Virus record (IMG/VR): IMGVR_UViG_3300032373_000671
Span: 1 to 45,628 of that record
Strand: one strand, 5' to 3'
From: a virus
Lineage: Duplodnaviria; Caudoviricetes
Length of the DNA: 45,628 nucleotides
The translations under genes and the position numbers were made by a program. Positions 38,182-45,628 of the stretch are shown here, one piece after another; position 1 is the stretch's first letter; each line of letters starts with the position of its first letter. Under the pieces are notes generated by a model. It saw only the letters and a program-made list of their open reading frames with translations, made no database searches and was not told the origin of the DNA.

Positions 38182-39798
38182 ATGGAGCACATAAATTTAA
38201 AGCAAGGTTCTCAGGAATGGCTCGAACATCGCGCCAAACATTTTAACGCCAGTGATGCCCCTGCGATGCTGGGAATATCACCCTATAAAACACGTAACGA
38301 ATTGTTACACGAAATGGCAACAGGGATTACCCCTGAAATAGACGATGCAACTCAAGCACGTTTTGATGATGGCCACCGCTTTGAAGCACTTGCACGGCCA
38401 CTTGCTCAAAAGATTATCGGAAAAAATCTATATCCAGTTGTGGCAAAAGAAGGGATATACAGCGCCAGCTTTGACGGCATCACAATGGATGAAGAGGACA
38501 CCTTCGAGCACAAGAGCCTTAACAACACCATACGTGGTTGTTCATATGCGGAAGATTTGCCTGAGTATTTACGCGTACAAATGGAGCATCAATTTATCGT
38601 TGGCGGAAAGCGCTGTTTGTTCTTAGCTACTAAATGGGATGAAAACGACGAACTACTCGAAGAGATTAGTTTCCTGTATCAACCAGACCCCGAACTTCGC
38701 AACCGAATTATTGAAGGATGGTCTCAATTTCAACTTGACTTGATCAACTATCAATACGTCGAAGAAGCACCGGTAGTAATCGGCAAGGCTCCTGAAACAC
38801 TTCCAGCGCTGCGCGTTGAAGTAACTGGAATGGTTACATCATCTAACCTGCTGGAGTTCAAAGAAACAGCGTTAGCGGTCTTTGAGAGTATTAATAAAGA
38901 CCTTCAAACCGATGAAGATTTTTCCAATGCTGCGAAAACTGTTAAATGGTGTGGTGAAGTAGAAAGCCGCCTTGAAGCTGCAAAGGATCATGCGCTCAGT
39001 CAAACATCTACCATCGACGAGCTATTTAAAACCATTGATGACATCAAGGAGCAAGCACGAGCCACGCGCCTTGATCTAGATAAAATGGTCAAAGCAAGAA
39101 AAGAGGCTGTTCGTGTTGAGATTGTTCAAGCTGGAAAAAGCGCTATTAGCACCCACATTGAAAACTTAAATGAGCGCCTTGGAAAATCATACATGCCAGT
39201 CATTACGGCTGATTTCGGTGGCGCTATAAAGGGAAAGCGAACAATTTCAAGTCAGCGAAATGCTGTTGATACTGAACTGGCTAATGCAAAGATCAGAGCA
39301 AATGAAATTGCCGATAAGATTCAAAAAAATCTTAATTCTTTGAGAGATCTCGCGGCAGACCATGCGTTTCTATTTTCTGATACTTCAATGCTTGTGCTTA
39401 AAGATAATGATGATCTTGTGAATATTATTAAGTTACGCATAACAGAGCACCAGCAAGCCGAAGAAAAGCGCATCGAAGCTCAGCGCGAGAAAATCAGACT
39501 GGAAGAACAGCAGAAACTTGAAGAGAAAAATCAGGAAAAAGCTGAACCTCAAGAGGTTGAAGCACTTCCGCAGGCAAAAGAAATTAAACGATCAACGCCT
39601 ATTCGCAGACAGGGTATCTCTGAAGTAGAGCAAGTCAAAAAATGGGCTTCTACATCACTGCAACAGGCAATCATTGACGCCCCCTTGGTTAATGATCCCG
39701 AACTAAAAGAGCTTCTTAATAGCTTCACTGTTGAGCTTAGCCATATGAAGAAACTTTCTGATGAGCTGAAAGATAGCTCAGCCAACAAAGCCGCGTAA
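38182..39798 (+). CDS. YqaJ-like (lambda exonuclease family) recombinase nuclease
   Basis: QGS.EW..HR, ASDAPAM, GH.FE, ASFDG and EHK motifs; long coiled-coil tail. Confidence 0.9.
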   Translation: MEHINLKQGSQEWLEHRAKHFNASDAPAMLGISPYKTRNELLHEMATGITPEIDDATQARFDDGHRFEALARPLAQKIIGKNLYPVVAKEGIYSASFDGITMDEEDTFEHKSLNNTIRGCSYAEDLPEYLRVQMEHQFIVGGKRCLFLATKWDENDELLEEISFLYQPDPELRNRIIEGWSQFQLDLINYQYVEEAPVVIGKAPETLPALRVEVTGMVTSSNLLEFKETALAVFESINKDLQTDEDFSNAAKTVKWCGEVESRLEAAKDHALSQTSTIDELFKTIDDIKEQARATRLDLDKMVKARKEAVRVEIVQAGKSAISTHIENLNERLGKSYMPVITADFGGAIKGKRTISSQRNAVDTELANAKIRANEIADKIQKNLNSLRDLAADHAFLFSDTSMLVLKDNDDLVNIIKLRITEHQQAEEKRIEAQREKIRLEEQQKLEEKNQEKAEPQEVEALPQAKEIKRSTPIRRQGISEVEQVKKWASTSLQQAIIDAPLVNDPELKELLNSFTVELSHMKKLSDELKDSSANKAA

Positions 39799-39827
39799 CT
39801 AAACGAAACTAAATCAAGGAAATCACC

Positions 39828-40406
39828 ATGAAGAACTTACTAGTATTTGACACAGAAACAACCGGCATTCCTAACTGGAAAACTCCATCAGGCGGTGAAG
39901 ATCAACCGCATATCGTTCAGCTTGCCGCTCACGTTGTTGATGTTGAGTCCAGAGCAATCAAGCAGAGCATTAACGTAATCATCAAGCCCAATGGCTGGGT
40001 GATCCCTGATGACACAATTGAATTGCACGGCATTACTAATGAATACGCGCATGCTCACGGCATACCCGAAGAGTTCGCCGTAGCTGTGCTTCTTGAGATG
40101 TGGAAAAACTGTGATATTCGAGTGGCCCACAATACGACGTTCGACAATCGAATAATCCGCATTGCTACAAAACGATATATGAGCGACGAAGTTATTGAAT
40201 CATGGAAGGCAGGTGAATACTTCTGCACGATGATTAATTCCAAAAAGATTATCGGCGGCAAGAATCCAAAGCTTTCTGAAGCCTATAAGCACTTCACTGG
40301 CGATGATTTAAAGAATGCTCACTCAGCTATCGCAGATACTAACGCATGCCTGAAAGTGTACTGGGGCATTCAAGATCATCTAAAGAAAAACCTGAAAGCG
40401 GCATAG
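39828..40406 (+). CDS. DEDDh 3'-5' exonuclease
   Basis: FDTETTG, VAHN..FD and AHSA.AD motifs. Confidence 0.92.
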   Translation: MKNLLVFDTETTGIPNWKTPSGGEDQPHIVQLAAHVVDVESRAIKQSINVIIKPNGWVIPDDTIELHGITNEYAHAHGIPEEFAVAVLLEMWKNCDIRVAHNTTFDNRIIRIATKRYMSDEVIESWKAGEYFCTMINSKKIIGGKNPKLSEAYKHFTGDDLKNAHSAIADTNACLKVYWGIQDHLKKNLKAA

Positions 40407-40431
40407 CCCATTAATCCAGAGGAAAATAAGA

Positions 40432-40632
40432 ATGGCTCAAAATAAAGAAAAAGTATCGTCAGGCACCATCGCTTTAAGTGGTCAAGCTGGTGAATCATTC
40501 AACGTCATCAAAGGGCACATGCAAAAAGTTCTACCCGGCATCAATCCTAATAACGCCGATGTATTACGCTTTGCTGTCAACTTTGCAGCCCAGAGTGTAC
40601 CAAAACCAGCGCAGAGCGAAGGCGCTGAGTAA
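40432..40632 (+). CDS. Hypothetical protein
   Basis: GAGGA RBS; in early operon. Confidence 0.65.
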   Translation: MAQNKEKVSSGTIALSGQAGESFNVIKGHMQKVLPGINPNNADVLRFAVNFAAQSVPKPAQSEGAE

Positions 40633-40648
40633 TGGCTAGGGGCGTGAT

Positions 40649-40918
40649 ATGAGCGATCAAGTAGAGGCATACCAAGATCATCGAGAGGCCAGCAGGGAGA
40701 AGCGCGCGGGTAATCGCGAGTCATCAGCGCAGATCCTCACTGACAAGGGTATTGAGTTTGAACGTAAGAATATGGGTGCCCATCTAATCGTTTCCGGCTC
40801 AGATTGTCTTATCGACTTTTGGCCGGGAACGGGGAAGTTTATCGCTAGAAATGGCAACAAAGGCCGGGGTGTTTTCAACTTAATCAAGCTATGCAATCAG
40901 GGTGAATCAAATGGCTAA
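40649..40918 (+). CDS. Hypothetical phage protein
   Basis: N.GAHLIV...IDFWPGTGK...GRGV.NL motif common in phages. Confidence 0.8.
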   Translation: MSDQVEAYQDHREASREKRAGNRESSAQILTDKGIEFERKNMGAHLIVSGSDCLIDFWPGTGKFIARNGNKGRGVFNLIKLCNQGESNG

Positions 40919-41363
40919 AGGCGTAAACAAAGTAATCATAGTGGGCAACCTTGGCAAAGACCCGGAGGTGCGCTACATGCCTTCGGGTAGCGCCGTAACC
41001 AACGTGACCATTGCTACTTCTGAATCATGGAAAGACAAGCAGTCCGGTGAAAAGCAAGAACGCACCGAATGGCACACCGTTGTCTTCTTCAACCGCCTTG
41101 CTGAAATCGCTGGCGAGTACCTGAAGAAAGGTTCAAAGGTCTATGTAGAAGGCAGCCTTCGCACCCGCAAATGGCAAGACAAAACCAGCGGCCAAGATCG
41201 TTACTCAACCGAGATTGTCGCCAGTGAAATGCAGATGCTCGATAGTAGAGGTGGCGGTGGTGCTGGCGGTCAAAGCCAGGGTGGAGGCAGTGCGCCGAGT
41301 AATCAAAGTTCAGCACAACCCGCGCAGAACTTTGACGACTTTGATGATGATATCCCGTTCTAG
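40911..41363 (+). CDS. ssb: Single-stranded DNA-binding protein
   Basis: [30 protein letters not shown] and DDDIPF tail. Confidence 0.97.
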   Translation: MAKGVNKVIIVGNLGKDPEVRYMPSGSAVTNVTIATSESWKDKQSGEKQERTEWHTVVFFNRLAEIAGEYLKKGSKVYVEGSLRTRKWQDKTSGQDRYSTEIVASEMQMLDSRGGGGAGGQSQGGGSAPSNQSSAQPAQNFDDFDDDIPF

Positions 41364-41416
41364 TAATAGCTAAAAGAAACAAATGAGTGGTTAACAGCAC
41401 TGAAGGCAGCGTAGCA

Positions 41417-41485
41417 ATATAACGTTTCAGCTTAGCCGTAGGCGAGCGACTGCGAGACTGTCGGGCCTAGAGCGTGTAGTTATAT
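41417..41485 (-). repeat. attC-like site 1 (69 bp)
   Basis: ATATAAC...GTTATAT imperfect palindrome; extra bases on the right arm. Confidence 0.7.
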
Positions 41486-41502
41486 TTTTAATTAAGGAGA
41501 AT

Positions 41503-41697
41503 GTGATGGCTGAAAATACCGGAATAGTGCAGCTAACCATGACAGGTGCAGAATTAAGCGTTGTTCGACAGTGGTTTGATACTGCGCAGGATTTATCGCA
41601 CAGAGACTACTTAGGGAAAGAGGATTACGAGTTAGCAGAAAAAGTTTACACGCAACTTGGAATGAGAGTTCCGAGTTCGATTGCCGAAAAAATATAA
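41503..41697 (+). CDS. Cassette 1 gene, hypothetical
   Basis: AAGGAG RBS; stop TAA lies within the TAAC box. Confidence 0.8.
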   Translation: MMAENTGIVQLTMTGAELSVVRQWFDTAQDLSHRDYLGKEDYELAEKVYTQLGMRVPSSIAEKI

Positions 41698-41812
41698 CGG
41701 CTGCATGTGCTGCCTGCGGACAGACCATAAAGAACTTTAATAAGGACTATAGAAATGAACGAAACCACTGGAAACACCGAGGTAGCAGGTCAGAACAATG
41801 CTTTTGTTATGC
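41692..41812 (-). repeat. attC-like site 2 (121 bp)
   Basis: ATATAAC-GGCT-GCATGTGCTGCCTGC...GCAGGTCAGAACAATGC-TTTT-GTTATGC; two extra bases on the right arm. Confidence 0.8.
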
Positions 41813-42168
41813 CTATTCAGCCAATCAGAACTGATGAACGAGGCGTGCAACGCTTCGTGCCCAACCGGATAGTAGAAAAGCTTTTAGAAACCTCTTCTCT
41901 TGATTTGAACGATATCGCCTGCATGGATTTTACACCACAAGAGCATGAACAACTTGCCCAATTAATCGGTTACTCAGTTTCTGGCTTCGGTAGCCTAAGT
42001 TATGTAAGCGATGAAACCTACGCGACAGCCGAAAAGATAGCCGAAGGCAAAAGCGAACTGGAAGCCAGGAACGAACACTTGAGAGAAACCCTTGGCCATG
42101 TTCGGGACGGAGTAAAGAAGGCGGCTATTAATCTTTTTAAAATACACCCGGACGACTTGGAGGCATAA
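41755..42168 (+). CDS. Cassette 2 gene, hypothetical phage protein (alternative start 41809)
   Basis: PIQP...D..GV.RF..N.IV..LL and QLAQLIGYS.SGFG.LSYVSDE; stop in TAAC. Confidence 0.85.
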   Translation: MNETTGNTEVAGQNNAFVMPIQPIRTDERGVQRFVPNRIVEKLLETSSLDLNDIACMDFTPQEHEQLAQLIGYSVSGFGSLSYVSDETYATAEKIAEGKSELEARNEHLRETLGHVRDGVKKAAINLFKIHPDDLEA

Positions 42169-42249
42169 CTTTTAATTTAAATTGCGCTAGTAAGAAGCAA
42201 AAACAGGACACGCACTGCGGAGTGCGTCAATTTTAAATGTTAGTTATAC
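42163..42249 (-). repeat. attC-like site 3 (87 bp)
   Basis: GCATAAC-TTTTA-ATTTAAATTGCGC...GCGTCAATTTTAAAT-GTTA-GTTATAC; two extra bases on the right arm. Confidence 0.75.
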
Positions 42250-42275
42250 GGCTAACTTAAATAAGAGGAAATATC

Positions 42276-42503
42276 ATGCTTGGGATTATTGACGACATAA
42301 TTGATACAGCAACTGAAATTGTGAAAGACCCAATTGGCAAGACTGTTGACATCGTTACTCAACCAGTTGTTGATGCTGTTGATGTGATTGACGGACTAAC
42401 TGAAGGTGAGCTTAGGGAGAAAGCGGCACTGCGCCTTGGTGCTGATATTGCTGGCGGTATGGCATTGAGCGAACTTATCGAATGGTATTCAGAAGATGAA
42501 TGA
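42276..42503 (+). CDS. Cassette 3 gene A, acidic hypothetical protein
   Basis: GAGGA RBS. Confidence 0.75.
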   Translation: MLGIIDDIIDTATEIVKDPIGKTVDIVTQPVVDAVDVIDGLTEGELREKAALRLGADIAGGMALSELIEWYSEDE

Positions 42504-42618
42504 TTTCAATCGAGAAATGAGGAAGCAACAGGCCAAGCACTTTAAGAAGATGCTATGGGATGCGTTCATGCTGATTTGCATCCTCTTCATATTCTATGAG
42601 CTAGTAATTGCCGTATAA
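42496..42618 (+). CDS. Cassette 3 gene B, 40-aa membrane protein (not in ORF track)
   Basis: MNDFNREMRK...AFMLICILFIFYELVIAV; overlaps gene A stop; own stop in TAAC. Confidence 0.6.
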   Translation: MNDFNREMRKQQAKHFKKMLWDAFMLICILFIFYELVIAV

Positions 42619-42736
42619 CGTCAGCAATAAACCGCACATGCCGACGCTGTGCGCGAACAAAGAGATGTAAACTTTTAACTGATAACAGAGCAAGGAACAT
42701 CGCGGCATGTGTCGGATTTAATTGCTTTTGTTATGT
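42613..42736 (-). repeat. attC-like site 4 (124 bp)
   Basis: GTATAAC-GTCA-GCAATAAACCGCACATGCCG...CGGCATGTGTCGGATTTAATTGC-TTTT-GTTATGT; three extra bases on the right arm. Confidence 0.85.
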
Positions 42737-42759
42737 TTTGTTTTCTCAGGAGCTAGATT

Positions 42760-43203
42760 GTGGACTACTTAAAACTGCTTGAGCACAGCTATGAAATGGA
42801 GCGCCTTGAAGATGCTGATTTAGACAGGGCTGAATACCTTTCAGATCATATTTTTGATTTCACTACCTACGACGGTGAAATAGCCAACTTATTCGGGCAA
42901 AAAGCCGTAGACGTATGCAAAGCCATAACGGATAAAGCGACCTTTAATTACATTGACGATGAGGAAAGTTATAAGTGGTATCTGCTTATGATTAACATGC
43001 CTTTCTTTGAGAAAAAGCTTAACTGGGGTACTTCCATACGTGGTGCGTGGTGGGATCTACACGGCAATGACATTTTTGAATTAAACAGTTGCGGCCTTTA
43101 CGAGAACGAAGAGCAGCTGCTTGACATTAAGTTTAATGAACTCCAGTGGAATGCTTTTGTAAAGGCTATGGCCGTATTCACTGAGGCTACGGCAGAAACA
43201 TAA
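42760..43203 (+). CDS. Cassette 4 gene, hypothetical
   Basis: AGGAG RBS and GTG start; IFDFTTYD and WGTSIRGAW motifs; stop in TAAC. Confidence 0.85.
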   Translation: MDYLKLLEHSYEMERLEDADLDRAEYLSDHIFDFTTYDGEIANLFGQKAVDVCKAITDKATFNYIDDEESYKWYLLMINMPFFEKKLNWGTSIRGAWWDLHGNDIFELNSCGLYENEEQLLDIKFNELQWNAFVKAMAVFTEATAET

Positions 43204-43243
43204 CTATAAGTAGACGACACATTGTCGCCTAACCCGCTTTAAC
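43198..43243 (-). other. attI-like site heading the cassette array
   Basis: Minus strand GTTAAAG..GTTAGGC..CGTCTAC-TTATA-GTTATGT: core GTT with upstream direct GTT boxes and no attC partner arm. Confidence 0.45.
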
Positions 43244-43286
43244 CGCGCGTTTTACGGCACAGCAATAATTATTAAGGTGAAATGAT

Positions 43287-43565
43287 ATGGCAATAGTAAG
43301 AATGAAGCTAACCGGCCCAAAGGGGTATCTCAAGCTAGGCTTTGCCGCAGGCAGCGCACCGGATGAGCGCACCCTAAAAGGCCAGATTGATAACGAGATA
43401 CAGCCAGGTGTAAAAGTTAAAAGCGGCACAGGAAACCGATACACCTACTATATTTATGTCGATAGTGTCACTTTGGTACCTACATTCCCGGCTGTTCAAG
43501 TGGCTCATATTACGCCGGTGAACGACCTTGCAGCGAATGTTTTGAATAAATTTCAAACCCAATAA
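43287..43565 (+). CDS. Putative excisionase
   Basis: Small protein directly upstream of int; APDERTLK..I and YYIYV winged-helix-like pattern. Confidence 0.55.
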   Translation: MAIVRMKLTGPKGYLKLGFAAGSAPDERTLKGQIDNEIQPGVKVKSGTGNRYTYYIYVDSVTLVPTFPAVQVAHITPVNDLAANVLNKFQTQ

Positions 43566-43601
43566 TGGCGTAATTCGGATTAAATTGAGTAAAAAATAAG
43601 C

Positions 43602-44852
43602 ATGACACCGCCAAAAAGAAACAGTGATCGCCGCCATTGGCCTGAAAATTTACAGGCGACAACGCGAAAAGACGGCCGATTATATTATTATTACCTGCGC
43701 CCTGACCTGCCAAAAGGCGACCCAAACCGAAATGAAACCTTCGGATATTGCGAAGAAAAAGACGCGATCGATGCCGCAAAACAGCTGAATCAGTTATTTT
43801 CCCCTGGCGGCCCGATGGTTCAGCGGGTGATAAATCGGCTTTCAACCGGCGATAACATCCCAGAAGTAACCCTGTTTTGTGATTATATTAAGAAATTCAC
43901 CACCATTATTTTGAGAAATCGCCTCATAAACGGCAGTAAACTCAGCACTCAAACACTAAAAGAATACGACCGACTGTATCGAAATATCGATACCGCACTA
44001 GGTCACCGCCCTTTTACATCAATCACTCAAGCGGATTATTCGGCTTTTCTTGAAGAAGCCGGCACCACTCACGAGGTCTACAACAAGTACAGATCTCGCC
44101 TGACAGATTTATGTAAACATGCGGTATCAGATGGCATCATTCCCGAAAACATCCCCCTGAAAATTGTCAGAAAGTGCCAAGAAAAGAAAAAACGACCCCC
44201 GCTTACACTGCCGGGTGATCATCCAAGTAAGCCGGGGCTTGATCCTCGCGCCGTGTACGACGCGATCTACGATCAGGCCACTCCAGCTATCAAGAACGCC
44301 ATGGAATTGGCCCTGAACTTCCTACAGCGCCGATCAGAGATACAGCGCTGGCATCGCGATTGGTCATACACCAACACCGATGGAAAGAAGATCATTTACG
44401 TGATTATTTCCAAAACCCACAAGCACGGCTCTGATAGTTACATCGGAATTTCAGAAGATATACCCGTCGTTCATTCGAGAAAAGGCGCGAATACTTTAGG
44501 CGAGCTGGTAGCGCTTTGCTTAAAAGGCACTCTCTGCCCGTACCTTGTCCAGCAAAAACCCAAGCGCGGAAACCGAAAAAGCACCGAGAAAAAACACCTC
44601 TGGCAGCTATCGCCCAAACAGATATCGGACGGATTCGCCGCAGCGCGTGACGCTTCAGGGTTATATGACCATCTGCCAAAAGGCGAGAAACCGACTTTTC
44701 ATAAGATTATTAACTTGGGGCAATTGCTACGACGTGAACAGGGATGGTCAGATCAGCAAGTCTCAGATTTACGTGGCCACAGCAAAATTAGCACCACTGA
44801 AATCTACTTTGAAGGCCACAATTGGAAGCTCATCGAGGCCCCAAAATCATGA
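43602..44852 (+). CDS. int: Tyrosine integrase, lambda-like
   Basis: Arm-binding N-domain (PENL...YYYY), QRRSEI, SKT, PTFH, RGH and TTEIY; adjacent to att. Confidence 0.92.
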   Translation: MTPPKRNSDRRHWPENLQATTRKDGRLYYYYLRPDLPKGDPNRNETFGYCEEKDAIDAAKQLNQLFSPGGPMVQRVINRLSTGDNIPEVTLFCDYIKKFTTIILRNRLINGSKLSTQTLKEYDRLYRNIDTALGHRPFTSITQADYSAFLEEAGTTHEVYNKYRSRLTDLCKHAVSDGIIPENIPLKIVRKCQEKKKRPPLTLPGDHPSKPGLDPRAVYDAIYDQATPAIKNAMELALNFLQRRSEIQRWHRDWSYTNTDGKKIIYVIISKTHKHGSDSYIGISEDIPVVHSRKGANTLGELVALCLKGTLCPYLVQQKPKRGNRKSTEKKHLWQLSPKQISDGFAAARDASGLYDHLPKGEKPTFHKIINLGQLLRREQGWSDQQVSDLRGHSKISTTEIYFEGHNWKLIEAPKS

Positions 44853-44868
44853 TAATTCCGGGAAAGTA

Positions 44869-44898
44869 TCAAACTGCTGTCAAACTGCTGTCAAACTG
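44869..44898 (+). repeat. Tandem integrase arm-type sites
   Basis: TCAAACTGCTG twice plus TCAAACTG, between int and the att core. Confidence 0.7.
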
Positions 44899-44954
44899 GA
44901 TAGATGTATTGATATCGCGGGTTTATCTAAGCGGTTGTTTATTAATAATAAAAT

Positions 44955-45031
44955 TGGTAGACGCGATTGGATTCGAACCAACGACCCCCACCATGTCAAA
45001 GTGGTGCTCTAACCAGCTGAGCTACGCGTCT
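44955..45031 (-). tRNA. tRNA-Val(GAC), intact; 3' 52 nt form the right att site
   Basis: AGACGCG/CGCGTCT acceptor, D arm, loop TTGACAT, T arm TTCGAAT, ACCA end. Confidence 0.97.
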
Positions 45032-45044
45032 TCATTGACGGCGT

Positions 45045-45074
45045 AAGATACAGGACTTGACCCACTAATTTCAA
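45045..45074 (-). promoter_or_regulatory. Putative tRNA-Val promoter
   Basis: TTGAAA-18-TATCTT upstream of the tRNA. Confidence 0.5.
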
Positions 45075-45116
45075 GTAATAAAAGGGGTTAGCGCCATTTT
45101 TTTGTAAAACAGGGGC

Positions 45117-45628
45117 TTAACAAGTCACTTCGCTCGCATGTGTTAAACGATAGCCGTGGTGGTAAATAGAGGCCAGTTGCCAGCCACTCTCAGGGATCAG
45201 CCCTAATTTCTTGCGCAGACGGCTCACATGGGTATCGATCGTGCGCGTCGTGATATCAGCATTTATCCCCCACACACGCTCCAACAGCGACTCCCGCGTC
45301 AAAATATGGCCAATATCCTTAAAAAAACAGACCGCTAAATCAAACTCTTTAGCGGTTAATTCAATCGCCTCACCGTTTTTCATAATTTTACGCTCACGAC
45401 GATCGACCACATACTCACCAAAGCTCATTTGCGGCGTATCAATGGCTGAGGGTGAATAGCGACGCGCCATGGCACTGATACGCGCCAGCATCTCTTTATG
45501 ATCAACCGGTTTCACCATGTAGTCGTCCGCACCCAATTCAAGTGCAGTGACAATATCTTCTTTGTCATCTCGGCTGGTTGTAAAAAGTACCGGCGTTTTC
45601 CAGTGAAATTCTTCGCGAATACGCTGCA
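45117..45628 (-). CDS. OmpR/PhoB-family response regulator (5' end outside window)
   Basis: GADDYMVKP, LTAKEFDL, TRTIDTHVSRLRKKL and GYRL motifs. Confidence 0.93.
   Translation of the reverse strand, partial: QRIREEFHWKTPVLFTTSRDDKEDIVTALELGADDYMVKPVDHKEMLARISAMARRYSPSAIDTPQMSFGEYVVDRRERKIMKNGEAIELTAKEFDLAVCFFKDIGHILTRESLLERVWGINADITTRTIDTHVSRLRKKLGLIPESGWQLASIYHHGYRLTHASEVTC

Larger units (their letters stand above)
1901..45006. mobile_element. Temperate podovirus prophage (BPP-1/epsilon15-like architecture) integrated at tRNA-Val
   Basis: 52-bp direct repeats, terminal tyrosine integrase, cI/cro switch, terminases, podovirus portal, capsid, tail tubular and ejection proteins. Confidence 0.96.

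Noticed and set aside
41417-43204. CRISPR array or simple terminators
   Set aside because: Repeats are non-identical and separated by whole genes; cassette-specific end complementarity fits attC better.
43602-44852. Integron integrase IntI
   Set aside because: Has a lambda-type arm-binding N-domain, flanking arm repeats and a tRNA att site; no IntI-like motifs recognised.

Overview
Gammaproteobacterial-type chromosome segment carrying an apparently complete ~43.1 kb temperate podovirus prophage (BPP-1/epsilon15-like gene order) integrated in the 3' half of tRNA-Val(GAC). The 52-bp att core is at 1901-1952 and 44955-45006, flanked by host thrS and an OmpR-family regulator. The prophage has lambdoid cI/cro control with five 14-bp operators, RecT/YqaJ recombination, O/P-like replication, RusA, terminases, portal, capsid, tail tube, ejection proteins and a tail fibre. 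Most striking: between ssb and xis/int lies an integron-like array of four attC-type sites and four cassettes, each bounded by its own perfect 9-11 bp GTTA...TAAC inverted repeat. The sites face opposite to the cassette genes, an attI-like site sits next to xis, and no IntI is present. Also notable: a 155-nt tRNA mimic with a huge insertion in the early leader, an orphan REC-ANTAR regulator beside a repressor lacking a peptidase domain, a catalytically eroded dUTPase homolog, and an integrase lacking the second catalytic Arg. Family assignments are from motif recognition by eye; no searches were run.
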